NCBI GenBank assembly: GCA_008080745.1
Contig: SHMX01000001.1
Coordinates: 159,359 to 223,358, forward strand
Direction of reading: 5' to 3'
Source: Candidatus Thorarchaeota archaeon
GTDB taxonomy: Archaea > Asgardarchaeota > Thorarchaeia > Thorarchaeales > Thorarchaeaceae
DNA: 64,000 nt
Under the pieces are notes generated by a model. The model worked only from the letters and a program-made list of their open reading frames with translations. It did no database searches and was not told the origin of the DNA. The position numbers and the translations under genes are program-made. Positions within the stretch are counted from its first letter, which is position 1, and each line of letters starts with the position of its first letter. This document shows positions 1 to 9,859 of this stretch, piece after piece.

Positions 1-43
1 AAGCGGACTCTGTGTCGTCGATCGGAAATACGGAAAAGCCGAC

Positions 44-583
44 ATGGACCCTAATCTCATCGCCGGATTCTTAACAGCTCTTATTCAATTTGGAAGAGAA
101 TTGGCAGAAGGTAATCGTGTACATGTCATTGATTTTGGTGCCTTCGATATCTGTCTATCTCTGAAAGACAATGTCATCGTTGCCGCCACCGTTGACAAAG
201 TAGACGATGGTAATGCTGCAATGGCAGTTCTTGCTGATGTAAACAATGAGTTTGTGGATATGTATGAGGATTATCTAATAGACTGGGACGGAAATCTAGA
301 ACCCTTCGAGAAATTCGTTGAGAAAATCGATGAAATCACTAAACATGGAAAGGCATCAGAACTAAGAACAATAGTGCCAATCCTTAAAGGGAAAGTTTCA
401 CCCATGCTGGTTCGTCTTGGTCAAATGACTCAGAAAGTTTATGATGTTGCAAAAATGTGTGACGGAAAACTTACAACACGCTCAATTGCAGACCAACTTG
501 GTATTGAAGTGAAAGATGTACAGCGAGCCCTGAATACTTTAGAAGACATGAAAATGCTAGAATGGAAAGAAATAGGAAACTAA
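44..583 (+). CDS. hypothetical DNA-binding protein: C-terminal winged helix (MarR/TrmB-like) fused to an N-terminal ~100-aa domain of unknown type (possibly Roadblock/longin-like)
   Basis: 179-aa ORF; C-terminal segment TTRSIADQLGIEVKDVQRALNTLEDMKMLEW has a helix-turn-helix plus wing pattern; N-terminal domain guess is based only on hydrophobic periodicity. Confidence 0.5.
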   Translation: MDPNLIAGFLTALIQFGRELAEGNRVHVIDFGAFDICLSLKDNVIVAATVDKVDDGNAAMAVLADVNNEFVDMYEDYLIDWDGNLEPFEKFVEKIDEITKHGKASELRTIVPILKGKVSPMLVRLGQMTQKVYDVAKMCDGKLTTRSIADQLGIEVKDVQRALNTLEDMKMLEWKEIGN

Positions 584-618
584 TATCCATTAATATTAAA
601 CATTCAAGAAACTTATGG

Positions 619-639
619 GCTCAGGCACAATGCCTGAGC
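619..639. terminator. perfect 9-bp stem / 3-nt loop hairpin between convergent genes
   Basis: gctcaggca-caa-tgcctgagc lies in the 79-nt spacer between the stop of the + gene (583) and the stop of the - gene (663). Confidence 0.4.
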
Positions 640-662
640 TCATGTACAATTTTAGTAGTCGA

Positions 663-1385
663 CTACTGAGCCTGTCCCCATTCGTTGCCAGTTGCAATTA
701 GAATCAAACCAATCACAATTAGACCAGGAGCGAGTACTCCAGGAATCGTATACGTACCAAATATCACATCAGCTAAGTAATGTCTAGCAGCATGGATTAC
801 TCGGCCAGCAAACAAAACCATAAATCCTAATCCAAGAAGGAAATTGGATTTTCGAAGAATTCCTCCAGATTGATATGCCAAATACCAGAACAACAGAGGT
901 ATGAATAAGGCATAGACTGCTCCTGCACCACCTGAGAGAAGACCTCGTGTAAGTGGTTCAAGAGGAACAACAGCAAGGATGATACCAACGGCAATCGCAG
1001 GTACTGCAAAGGCAATTTCAGCCCATCGTTTGCCAAAAATCATGAATCCAGCTGTTGCTGAAAGTGTTGCTAACGCCATCCATTGGAATAATGCACCTAC
1101 TGCTAACCAGGGATTTGCATCAGGTAAGAATGGTGTCATTCCATATACTGTTGTGAGGTCGTTATACAATGACGAGGGATCAGCATAAAAGTCGCCCACG
1201 AAGTAGAAACATCTACCTATTGCTAGTAAGAGAAAGAACAATGCCATGGCCAGTTGAAAAGGATTTCTTGAGTTTCGCCACCTAAACATCAAAAGAAAGG
1301 TGAAGACATAGAAATAATATCCCACAACTAGGAACCAGAGCCCAATGTGTACCTCTCTAATGGCTAGATCGATTGGTTGTAGCAT
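663..1385 (-). CDS. integral membrane protein, multi-pass, unknown function
   Basis: 240-aa ORF with about 7 hydrophobic helix-length segments (e.g. IGLWFLVVGYYFYVFTFLLMF, LVIGLILIATG). Confidence 0.55.
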   Translation of the reverse strand: MLQPIDLAIREVHIGLWFLVVGYYFYVFTFLLMFRWRNSRNPFQLAMALFFLLLAIGRCFYFVGDFYADPSSLYNDLTTVYGMTPFLPDANPWLAVGALFQWMALATLSATAGFMIFGKRWAEIAFAVPAIAVGIILAVVPLEPLTRGLLSGGAGAVYALFIPLLFWYLAYQSGGILRKSNFLLGLGFMVLFAGRVIHAARHYLADVIFGTYTIPGVLAPGLIVIGLILIATGNEWGQAQ

Positions 1386-1523
1386 AATCTTCGTACTCCA
1401 TGAAGCTTTCGAAAGTACCTATGAAACAGTCAACGTCCTGCCAAATAAAGATATTCCGCGCACAAACACCATATAAGAAGCAGTACAACAAACATACTTC
1501 TATATTTGTTATAGTGCAGCAAA

Positions 1524-1943
1524 ATGATAGGTGTTGAATTGAGTTCGAATCGATCTTGGAAACTTAAGCTTGAAGATGGAACCATTGAGACCTTCACCGA
1601 TATCAGACGAAAGGTTGGAAATCGGATAATTCGCGCATATCTACTCAAACCAATAATGGAGCAGTCTAGAATTGAGAGAATAAAAGCAACACTACGAGGT
1701 CCAAAGGATGAATTCAAGGATTTTGACAAATTCTTCATTCTCAAAGGAAAGACCGATATAGGAGATTTCCGAATGCTTGTAGAATCGGGAGTATACGAGA
1801 ACCTTAGAATTGTTGGCACAGATGAGGAATATATTGCATCGAAAACGCCCGATGAAGTCATACAAATTCTAACTGACTCGCTATCTAATCCAGTAGATTC
1901 ACTCATAGTAGTTAGTACAGACACAAAGGTTCGTGCTGAATAA
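1524..1943 (+). CDS. hypothetical protein
   Basis: 139-aa ORF with balanced charged composition; preferred over the overlapping Ser-rich antisense ORF 1430..1924; AT-rich TATA-like element about 20 nt upstream. Confidence 0.45.
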   Translation: MIGVELSSNRSWKLKLEDGTIETFTDIRRKVGNRIIRAYLLKPIMEQSRIERIKATLRGPKDEFKDFDKFFILKGKTDIGDFRMLVESGVYENLRIVGTDEEYIASKTPDEVIQILTDSLSNPVDSLIVVSTDTKVRAE

Positions 1944-1995
1944 TTTAAAAACAGGTTGAGTACGGAACTATACCAAGCTCTTGAGGGAGATAATT

Positions 1996-2184
1996 ATGAA
2001 AAGGTACGCAAAATGCCCAGTCTGTGGAATAAGAACAGTACTTGATGTTCCACCACATATTGTTGAGGGCGCAAAGAGATTTCCCTATACCATTCGTGTT
2101 AAGCACAAAGATCACTATTTCTATATCAATTTAGATAGTAATGCATGGATAACCGATATACTGCATCCAGAATTGGTAGAATAA
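1996..2184 (+). CDS. small protein with single CxxC (possible zinc-ribbon) motif
   Basis: ATG at 1996 preceded by GAGGGAGA; MKRYAKCPVCG...; the ORF track starts it at an upstream TTG (1981). Confidence 0.35.
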   Translation: MKRYAKCPVCGIRTVLDVPPHIVEGAKRFPYTIRVKHKDHYFYINLDSNAWITDILHPELVE

Positions 2185-2190
2185 CAGAAT

Positions 2191-2982
2191 TTAGCCGATA
2201 TAACGATCGGGTGGGCTCTCATCACCCTCTTTTGGGGGAATTCGTTCGGATATCTCACTCTTTGCCCACTCTATGAACTCCATTACTTTCTGTACATCGT
2301 CGTCTATGATACTGAAATCCAATTGGATGTCCAATAGAATCATCAATTTTTCCAACAATGTTTTGGAGGCACGATAGTCTCGTTTTATAACACCCATTGT
2401 TTCACCGAGAAGACAAGCACCCTCCATGTCATACATCGAGGAAACCCAGGCAGGAATGAATCCATTTGCCCCATTAATTACACCCTCCTTTGTTGGCACG
2501 GTGCCATCCAGTTGTGTTAGACTCTGTAACATTTTATCCGATCCAGCTGAAACAAAAACTCGTGGAGGATTTGGATACGAATCGAAAAATGCCTCGTAAC
2601 TTACTTCATAAGCTGCAAGGGCATAAACCGAAGACACATCCAGGGTAGCGAATTCTTGTGCAAGAAACTCAGCATACTCAAATATACCAGCACCAGAGGA
2701 TGGTTGGTAATCTGCAGTTACGATTAGAATATCATGAGGTTCATCCGGGGCTGCACGATATAGATAGAGTGAGGATTTGGGAAAATGAGTGATTCCATTT
2801 TTTACAATGATTCTAGGTGGAAAGTCCTCACTGAAGAAATCAAGCACTACTTTTGCGTCTAATATTTTTGTCAGAGCTCTGACTGCAATTGTACCCACAT
2901 TTGCAATGCCAGGGAGACCTAGAACGACAACAGGATCTTTAAGAGATTCAGATGAGATATCTATGTAGCGCCTTGAATACAT
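2191..2982 (-). CDS. PAC2-family protein (proteasome assembly chaperone-like, COG1938-type)
   Basis: 263 aa; N-terminal VVVLGLPGIANVGTIA and downstream ILIVTADYQP segments are characteristic of archaeal PAC2 proteins. Confidence 0.6.
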   Translation of the reverse strand: MYSRRYIDISSESLKDPVVVLGLPGIANVGTIAVRALTKILDAKVVLDFFSEDFPPRIIVKNGITHFPKSSLYLYRAAPDEPHDILIVTADYQPSSGAGIFEYAEFLAQEFATLDVSSVYALAAYEVSYEAFFDSYPNPPRVFVSAGSDKMLQSLTQLDGTVPTKEGVINGANGFIPAWVSSMYDMEGACLLGETMGVIKRDYRASKTLLEKLMILLDIQLDFSIIDDDVQKVMEFIEWAKSEISERIPPKEGDESPPDRYIG

Positions 2983-3034
2983 TTCATTTCAGTCCAAGTA
3001 CTACTGCGGTAGTTTCCATTTAGGGGCATCGATT

Positions 3035-3787
3035 TCAGAGATTATAGAAAGAAATTGAATTCTGCGTAGTAATTTCTCCAGCCTTTTCAACAGATATTCC
3101 TTTAATATCCGCAAGTGAGCGCGCACCGTAGATGATATTTGCTGGTTCGTTTCTGCCCTCAATTGGCGAAAGATAGGGACCATCCGATTCGAGTAGAATC
3201 TGATTGATGGATAAAATCTCTGCGGCTTTTACTCGATTTCGATAGCTTCCAAAATTTGCAGGTAGAGTAACTACCCAACCATTTTCAGCAATTCGTTGAG
3301 TAACATCAGGAGGGCCATCATAGCAATGCATCAAAACTTTTGACATACTATGAGTTTCAAGAATATCAGCTGCTCTTCCTTCTGCCTTTCTAGCATGAAC
3401 AACAATAGGTAGATCAAGCTCTTTTGCAATGGAGATGAACATCTCAAAAAGAGGTTCCTGAGCCTTTCTTTTTTTGGAATCTTTGACCCAGTGATAATCC
3501 AACCCAGCCTCACCAATAGCCACGATTTCATTGGGATATTTTTTGATAAGACTGATGATTTTTTCCGCTTCGTCTTGCTTCAGGAGTGAAGGTTGACAAC
3601 CAGCGGTATGATACACATAACCTTCGTGTTTTTCGACTATTCCAAGTGTACGTCGAAAAGAGCCGGGATTTATCGATGACGAAACCATACCAACAAGTCC
3701 TGTATCTTTTGCTCGTTGAATGACCTGTTCTCGATCATTTTTGTAGTGTTTCATGTCGATGTGAGTATGTGCATCAAATAACTTCAA
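3035..3787 (-). CDS. TatD-family metal-dependent hydrolase (DNase)
   Basis: 250 aa; N-terminal FDAHTHID, internal AIGEAGLDYHW, PIVVHARKA and LESDGPYL metal-ligand motifs typical of TatD. Confidence 0.85.
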   Translation of the reverse strand: MKLFDAHTHIDMKHYKNDREQVIQRAKDTGLVGMVSSSINPGSFRRTLGIVEKHEGYVYHTAGCQPSLLKQDEAEKIISLIKKYPNEIVAIGEAGLDYHWVKDSKKRKAQEPLFEMFISIAKELDLPIVVHARKAEGRAADILETHSMSKVLMHCYDGPPDVTQRIAENGWVVTLPANFGSYRNRVKAAEILSINQILLESDGPYLSPIEGRNEPANIIYGARSLADIKGISVEKAGEITTQNSISFYNL

Positions 3788-3853
3788 GATGATAACCTCG
3801 TTGTATTGATTCCGAACTAGATTTCCTTTTAATCTTCGAGGAATGAATATGTT

Positions 3854-4765
3854 GTGGGATTAGCAATGAGTGACCTACAAGATAGACTTCGTGATAAGAC
3901 CCTTCAGATTACCGCGCTTCAACAAAAAGTGGGTTCCTTGGAGGCACAGCTAAGTGGAGCTCATAGAAGAGCACACCAATTAAACGAAACAGTTCAATCA
4001 CTGGAACGTACGATAGCTGAAAAAGATGGTGAAATACAAATGCTCCGTTCCGAACTTCAGAAGACTAAGGGAGCATTAGACACTGTGGGGGCAGAGATTC
4101 GTGGAATGAAAGCAGAACAAGTTGCAAGTATGTCAAAGCAACGTCCTGGTGGTGCAGAATTCTCTACAAAAGAGAAACTAGAAACAGCTGAACGAAAACT
4201 AAGCGCTACCAAGGACGATATAAAATTACTAAGTGAAGCAGCAACAGATGTACTTAATCAAGAACCTGGGGCAATAGAAACACTTCGAGATGCAGTACTT
4301 GCTGTGGGAGACCCAAAATTCAAAATTCTGAACATAGTACTGAATAGTCGTTCGGTAAGGATTGACGAACTTGCTTCGACCTTGGTGATTGATGTGTCGG
4401 AAGCACTTCAAATTGTGGATGAACTCCAATCCGCTGGAGAGATAGAACTTCGTGAGGGTACTACTGTGATACCAGGAAAGAAATATCGCGAAGTAAAAAT
4501 ACCAGCTGAGGAATGGAAGACTTGGGAGCCATCAGATATCTTTGACAATTTAGAAGATATTGTTGAAAAGGCCGAAGGAAAGGAAAATATCGTAAAAGCT
4601 CTTGAAACTGCGGTAGACATTCTAGAAACAAAAATGGCACGTGGTGGAGCACTAATATTTCAGATGAGAAGAACAGCAGGGGACTGGAAGAAGAAAGAAG
4701 GAGATCGAGAGGAGCTAAAATATACAATTCGTGAATGGAAAGGACGAGCAGAAGCGCTCGCTTAA
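3854..4765 (+). CDS. coiled-coil protein with internal winged-helix-like segment
   Basis: 303 aa; N-terminal ~100 aa strongly heptad-like (LQDRLRDKTLQITALQQKVGSLEAQL...), middle segment ILNIVLNSRSVRIDELASTLVIDVSEALQIVDELQSAGEIEL resembles a winged helix. Confidence 0.5.
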   Translation: MGLAMSDLQDRLRDKTLQITALQQKVGSLEAQLSGAHRRAHQLNETVQSLERTIAEKDGEIQMLRSELQKTKGALDTVGAEIRGMKAEQVASMSKQRPGGAEFSTKEKLETAERKLSATKDDIKLLSEAATDVLNQEPGAIETLRDAVLAVGDPKFKILNIVLNSRSVRIDELASTLVIDVSEALQIVDELQSAGEIELREGTTVIPGKKYREVKIPAEEWKTWEPSDIFDNLEDIVEKAEGKENIVKALETAVDILETKMARGGALIFQMRRTAGDWKKKEGDREELKYTIREWKGRAEALA

Positions 4766-4772
4766 GATTTTG

Positions 4773-5195
4773 TTACTCTTCCCCTTTCTTTATTGCTTCT
4801 CTCACATAGGAACCAAAGTCTGATGTTTCTCCATCTCGATGGACACGGATTTTGGGTCCTTCGCCCTTTATCTGTCGTTCAATGTACCGAATATCTAACT
4901 GCTTGATTGTTTGCCGAAATCCTCGATATACAATAAGATAAAGAAGAATCTCTTCTATCCGTTTAGCTACATCAGGTTCAGTCTTAGCAAGGCCCTCAAG
5001 ATATTGAACTGCATCAGGAGCTGTGAAACGTTTGAGAAGCCGATCGCGTTCATTCTGAACTTTTTCGGCGTGTTCTCGCTTCTCTTTAGCTTCTTTCTCT
5101 TTAGCCATCATTTTGGCCATTTTCTTTCTACGAATCAGAGCCAATTCTGAATCATCATCAGTCAAGCTAGGAACCTCGTAATCAAACCCCTGCAA
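4773..5195 (-). CDS. PDCD5/TFAR19-like dsDNA-binding protein
   Basis: 140 aa; Lys/Glu-rich N-terminus followed by a helical core (AVQYLEGLAKTEPDVAKRIEEILLYL...IKQLDIRYIERQIKG) matching the archaeal PDCD5 pattern. Confidence 0.5.
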   Translation of the reverse strand: MQGFDYEVPSLTDDDSELALIRRKKMAKMMAKEKEAKEKREHAEKVQNERDRLLKRFTAPDAVQYLEGLAKTEPDVAKRIEEILLYLIVYRGFRQTIKQLDIRYIERQIKGEGPKIRVHRDGETSDFGSYVREAIKKGEE

Positions 5196-5297
5196 ATACT
5201 TGTTAAGCTTACCGATACAGCGAGAATTGGTTTTTTAGGGCTTGGTGTTATTGAGTGAATAGATATACTGTTAGGTTATCTTCAAGGGGTTGAAAAA

Positions 5298-6227
5298 ATG
5301 TCGGAAGATTGTGAGTATCTTAGTGCTTCGTCAACGGGACTATCCTGTAAACTTCGAAATCAGGTGATATCTCATGCTGAGGCGAAAGCGAAGTGTAAAC
5401 GACCAGACCTATCAGTAATATGTGTGGATGCGTATACCTCTTTATCTAGAGGGCAAGAAGCAATAACACAGAAGAGCACAGATGCTTTTCCATGGTTGGT
5501 AGACTCTGCTACTCATTTCGAGAACCTGAAAGAAACAGATAATGCGATTATGGCAATTTCAAAGGCAATTAGATATGCCACCAAAATGGGTTTACCAGAC
5601 AAGGCCTATGAATTTTTTGTCTATGCGAGAATGATGTTAGAAAACGCACTTGAAGAAGGAGACCCAACAGTTTTACAACCAGGGCCAAAAATAACATTGA
5701 TCGAAGCAGGAAATGGGCTGATTGAGGCAGTCAAGCAACAACTTACCTCTGCTGCAGTATCAGAGGTTCAGGCGGAATTAAAAGCTAGCCTGCTAGAAGG
5801 GGTCAGTCTCAAAAAGGCCGAGGTGGATGATACCAAAGACTTGGTCATCTATCATGGTCGTGCGCTCTATGCAAAGAAATTGAAGGAATACAAAGAGGGC
5901 GCAGAGAACTATATCAAATCAGGAATTGTTCAGAATGCCGTGACCTTTGCATGTATGGCTGCACTGGCAGAGCTTATGCTCGGCAGACCAAAAGAGGGGA
6001 TAGCTTATCTTACAAAGACAGCAAACCAATCAGAACAAAAAGAGAAATGGCACAAAAGCAAGATGTTCAAGTGGACCAAACTGATCTTCAAAGCATTTGT
6101 AACACGAGAAGAAGAACCCATGAACGATGCTCAGAAATTATTCTTCCAACTAGCATGGGCTTTCAAAGATGACAAGCAATTCGCCCAGAGAGTGATGGAT
6201 TCCGTTCAGCGTAGAGTTAGTCAGTAA
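5298..6227 (+). CDS. hypothetical protein (predominantly helical)
   Basis: 309-aa ORF with no recognisable motifs; its 3' end overlaps the stop region of the convergent gene by 11 nt. Confidence 0.45.
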   Translation: MSEDCEYLSASSTGLSCKLRNQVISHAEAKAKCKRPDLSVICVDAYTSLSRGQEAITQKSTDAFPWLVDSATHFENLKETDNAIMAISKAIRYATKMGLPDKAYEFFVYARMMLENALEEGDPTVLQPGPKITLIEAGNGLIEAVKQQLTSAAVSEVQAELKASLLEGVSLKKAEVDDTKDLVIYHGRALYAKKLKEYKEGAENYIKSGIVQNAVTFACMAALAELMLGRPKEGIAYLTKTANQSEQKEKWHKSKMFKWTKLIFKAFVTREEEPMNDAQKLFFQLAWAFKDDKQFAQRVMDSVQRRVSQ

Positions 6228-7548
6228 TTCTCAGATGTGAGATAAAGAAACCACTTGTGTTATGTATATGGGGGAAGTACCGCTGTATGTGATCCTTGCA
6301 TTTGAAAGATGTATAGCCCATACTTCCAATATGCTGATGTTTGACTAATTCCAGAAATGAATATCGATCCATGACAGAATCAATCTGTGACTCCCCCTCA
6401 TGAGGTAGAATGGAGCAGGTAGCATAAACAATCTCAGTGCCCGGACGATTTTGATAAGCTTCAATAATACTATCGAGAATTTTATTCTGAACTGCCATAA
6501 GAGCCATTAGAGAATTTTTGTTCAACTGCCATTTGAATGAGGGATAACTCCAAATTATGCCTGTAGAACTACATGGTGCATCTATGAGAATCTTATCTGC
6601 ATTCTCAATAGGCACTGATGAAGCATCTGCAAGAAGCCACTTAACAGAGGAATAACCCAGTATATTTGCCCTTTTCTTTGCAATTTCAATTCTTTCAGGA
6701 GAGCTTTCACTTGCATATATTGTTCCAATCGAGTGGGTTAACTCTGAGATTAATTGCGTTTTCATCCCTGGGGCAGCACAGGCATCCCAGATTATCTCTC
6801 CAGGTTTGGGATCTAGAGCAAGGACCGAAAGCATACTTGCTTTATCTTGAACAAGAACATTGCCTTCTGTGAATAGCTTTGAACGAACGAGATTATCAAT
6901 GCCATTCTCGACCAAAAAAAGGTCTGAAACATCAGAATCACGAGTTAGATGGACATCTAGACTTCCAATCATTTCAATCATCGATTCCGTAGAGGAAACA
7001 AGCTTGTTTGGTCTAATGAAATAACTCCGTGGACCATTGTTAGCCCGCATCAATTGAATTACTTCCTCTTCGGGGAGATTATCTAGTAGAGTTTCTACGA
7101 GAAATGTGGGATGCGCGAATTTTATACTTAAACGATTCACAATAGGCAGAGAGAGGATAGCTTTATCCAAATGGCTATCGAGAATTTTTCGTACTGTTGA
7201 TACCATTTCAGGAATCTTATACAAGTAACTCTCTAACAATGTCCTTATTGAAGTCTTTAGCCACCTACCCTCGTATATTACAAGCCGTAACAGATTTCGC
7301 TCATAAACAGACATTTGTTTTGCAGATTTAGCCCCATAGCGCGAGATTAGCCAATCAATGGTATTGAGATACTTTATTGTTTCAAAAGTCAAAGATTCAA
7401 CTAGCCCACGATATTGATGAAGTTCTTGATAAGAGTCATACTTCTCTCGCAACAAGGATTTTAGAGATTGTGATGATTTGTCATATTCGACTAGTATTCT
7501 TATCGCATGCTCTCGAGCAATCTGCTCGGAATCTTCCTTTTCTGCCAT
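6217..7548 (-). CDS. RsmB/NOP2/Sun-family RNA cytosine-C5 methyltransferase
   Basis: 443 aa; NusB-like N-terminal region, SAM-binding ILDACAAPGMKT-like segment (IIWDACAAPGMKTQ) and catalytic DAPCSSTG plus YATCSI motifs. Confidence 0.8.
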   Translation of the reverse strand: MAEKEDSEQIAREHAIRILVEYDKSSQSLKSLLREKYDSYQELHQYRGLVESLTFETIKYLNTIDWLISRYGAKSAKQMSVYERNLLRLVIYEGRWLKTSIRTLLESYLYKIPEMVSTVRKILDSHLDKAILSLPIVNRLSIKFAHPTFLVETLLDNLPEEEVIQLMRANNGPRSYFIRPNKLVSSTESMIEMIGSLDVHLTRDSDVSDLFLVENGIDNLVRSKLFTEGNVLVQDKASMLSVLALDPKPGEIIWDACAAPGMKTQLISELTHSIGTIYASESSPERIEIAKKRANILGYSSVKWLLADASSVPIENADKILIDAPCSSTGIIWSYPSFKWQLNKNSLMALMAVQNKILDSIIEAYQNRPGTEIVYATCSILPHEGESQIDSVMDRYSFLELVKHQHIGSMGYTSFKCKDHIQRYFPHIHNTSGFFISHLRITD

Positions 7549-7560
7549 TTTAGGTCACAA

Positions 7561-9300
7561 TCATGTGAAATCTACTTCTGGACCAATGTGAACGTACTTC
7601 ATTCTGGTGAGCATCTCTGGGAAGTACTTACCACCAATTATTCCCGAGTCCTTATAGCCTCCAAGATGGGGCATATATGGGTCAAAATATAGATGATCTT
7701 GACCAAGAGTGACACCCGCTGCTTTTATTTTCTTAACCCACTTGTTTCGAATTTTTACATCGTCTGTAAAAATAGAGGAACGTAAGCCAAATCGAGATGC
7801 ATTCGCTATCGAAATTGCTTCGTCAACACTGCTTACTTTCATGACTGGTAGTGCAGGAGCGAAAACCTCCTCCTTCATTATTCGCATGTCCTGATTGACA
7901 TTTGTTAGTACGGTAGGTTTGTAGAACATTCCTGCAGGGTCCTTTTCGTCAAGATAGTTACACCGAAATCCACCTGTTTCGATCTTTGCACCTTTCGCAA
8001 CGGCATCTTCCATTTGATCGATTAAGATGTATAACGCAGTGAGTCCCACGGGAGGAAGACCCACCTTTGGATCAGAAGGACGACCCACTTGCAATTTCTC
8101 TGCTTCTTCAATAACTAAATCCAATAAATCATCATGGAGAGTATCCTGAACAAGTAGCCGCTTAATTGCCATGCACGCCTGACCACTTCCCAGATATCTT
8201 CCCTTCACAATCATCTTTGCAGCAAATTCAAGGTCAACATCCGAACCCCAGACCAGACTAGCATCACTACCAGCGAGCTCTGGAGCCATCTGTATTCGTT
8301 TGCTGACAGCCTCAGACCATAACATCAATCCTGTATCACTATCACCATACCAGACAATAGCACCAACTTGTGAATCGGACATGAACCGATTCATCATACG
8401 TTTTCCACCACCAGTGAGTAGTTGAAGCATTCCCGGTGGCAAATCCATGTCCAAGAATTTCTTCATAAAGATGCGCCCAAGTAGAATGGTACTCAGGGGA
8501 ACTTTACTAGGTGGCTTGAGAATGGTTGAATTCCCGGCAAGTATCGAAGAAGTGATGCTTAGAATTCCAAGTGCCAAAGGAGAGTTGTATGGAGTGAATA
8601 GACATGATACTCCATAAGGTTCGCGGAACCGATAGTTCTTTCCTCCATCGCGTCCTGGGTCTTCATGGATATCCAGAGCAGTTCCCCATAGTTCAAAGGT
8701 TTCTCGTTCAAGATATTCGGTAAACATCTTCCAAGTCCATTCAAAGGTCTTGATAGGAACACCCTCTTTTACGGAGATTTCTCTAACTTTTTCAAATTCG
8801 TCTTTCACAGCCAAGCCAGCTTCATACAATGCATCAATGCGTTCATCTAAAGTCACACCCATATCGGGTCTTCTGAATGGGTTGAACAGAGCCTCGTGAT
8901 CACGTGCTCCAGCTGCAATAGCCTCCGAAATATCAGACTCGCGAGAAAGAGCAACTTTTGCATAGATTATGTCATCCAGCTCATCATTACTATATTTAGG
9001 AATACCATGATGCTTACGATAATCCCGTAGATATCGCATCTCAGCTGTCTTCTTTGGAATTAGTCCTGGCGTACGTGAGAAAACGAAACGTTGACTTCTT
9101 GAAGCTGTACGCATCTGTAATGCAATTGCAAGACCAGGTTCCGTAATCACCTTGTCCATATCTGGAAAGAAGGTATACTTTCCAGTGTCTATTTCTTTTC
9201 CATCTACGAGTATAGGATGTGTATCCATAGCAAAAGCCCCATTCTGAGTGTGAAATTGTTGCCAATCGGCGTGTCTTATAGTTTTTCGGGAGAGTACCAA
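7561..9300 (-). CDS. aldehyde dehydrogenase family protein with N-terminal extension
   Basis: 579 aa; catalytic-Cys context GSGQACMAIKR and APELAGSD (ELGG-like) motif of the ALDH superfamily. Confidence 0.7.
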   Translation of the reverse strand: MVLSRKTIRHADWQQFHTQNGAFAMDTHPILVDGKEIDTGKYTFFPDMDKVITEPGLAIALQMRTASRSQRFVFSRTPGLIPKKTAEMRYLRDYRKHHGIPKYSNDELDDIIYAKVALSRESDISEAIAAGARDHEALFNPFRRPDMGVTLDERIDALYEAGLAVKDEFEKVREISVKEGVPIKTFEWTWKMFTEYLERETFELWGTALDIHEDPGRDGGKNYRFREPYGVSCLFTPYNSPLALGILSITSSILAGNSTILKPPSKVPLSTILLGRIFMKKFLDMDLPPGMLQLLTGGGKRMMNRFMSDSQVGAIVWYGDSDTGLMLWSEAVSKRIQMAPELAGSDASLVWGSDVDLEFAAKMIVKGRYLGSGQACMAIKRLLVQDTLHDDLLDLVIEEAEKLQVGRPSDPKVGLPPVGLTALYILIDQMEDAVAKGAKIETGGFRCNYLDEKDPAGMFYKPTVLTNVNQDMRIMKEEVFAPALPVMKVSSVDEAISIANASRFGLRSSIFTDDVKIRNKWVKKIKAAGVTLGQDHLYFDPYMPHLGGYKDSGIIGGKYFPEMLTRMKYVHIGPEVDFT

Positions 9301-9320
9301 GTTAGGAGAAAAACGGGGAA

Positions 9321-9809
9321 CTAATCAAGAGGTCGCTCATAACATTGAACCAACATACCCTTAGCCTGTTCAAAAGGCTCACCCCAGGGTCGGAAACCAA
9401 ACTTCCTCATCAGACGCTCAACTGCTTTCTGTCCTACCAAAACATTACAGTAGTTTCGTTTACATCCATGAGATTTTCCGTATTCGGCAAATTGTATGTA
9501 CATTGCAGACGCTAGACCTGAGCGCCCACACTGAGGAGATACAGTTTGATGTTCCCCATAGAGGCCCTTCTCAGTGATTTTTGCTTTGTATACTCCAACA
9601 ATCTTTCCTTCTAAGCGAGCACCAAAGTAGTGAAATCCTTCATGTATCTCTTCAATAATTTGCTCAGGAGAATACATACGATGTTTGCGCCATTCTTCAG
9701 GATAATCCGTGCACAATGGCCAGACCCGCTTAAACAATGCAGATATTTCTTCTGCATCATCTTCGGTGAATTCAACGATGCGAATTTCTTCAGCTGGCAT
9801 CTCGCTCAT
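9321..9809 (-). CDS. GNAT-family N-acetyltransferase
   Basis: 162 aa; acetyl-CoA binding motif A-like QCGRSGLASAMY (Q/R-x-x-G-x-G/A). Confidence 0.55.
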   Translation of the reverse strand: MSEMPAEEIRIVEFTEDDAEEISALFKRVWPLCTDYPEEWRKHRMYSPEQIIEEIHEGFHYFGARLEGKIVGVYKAKITEKGLYGEHQTVSPQCGRSGLASAMYIQFAEYGKSHGCKRNYCNVLVGQKAVERLMRKFGFRPWGEPFEQAKGMLVQCYERPLD

Positions 9810-9859
9810 TGTTATTCAGGTCTCTACTATCCATACAACTTCATAAAGCTAGGTGTAGC

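Noticed and set aside
1430-1924. 164-aa minus-strand ORF overlapping the plus-strand gene 1524..1943
   Set aside because: Ser/Thr-rich, low-complexity translation typical of a shadow frame; the plus-strand frame has protein-like composition and an upstream AT-rich promoter-like element
5951-6172. Arg-rich 73-aa ORF inside gene 5298..6227
   Set aside because: Alternative frame of a better-supported longer ORF
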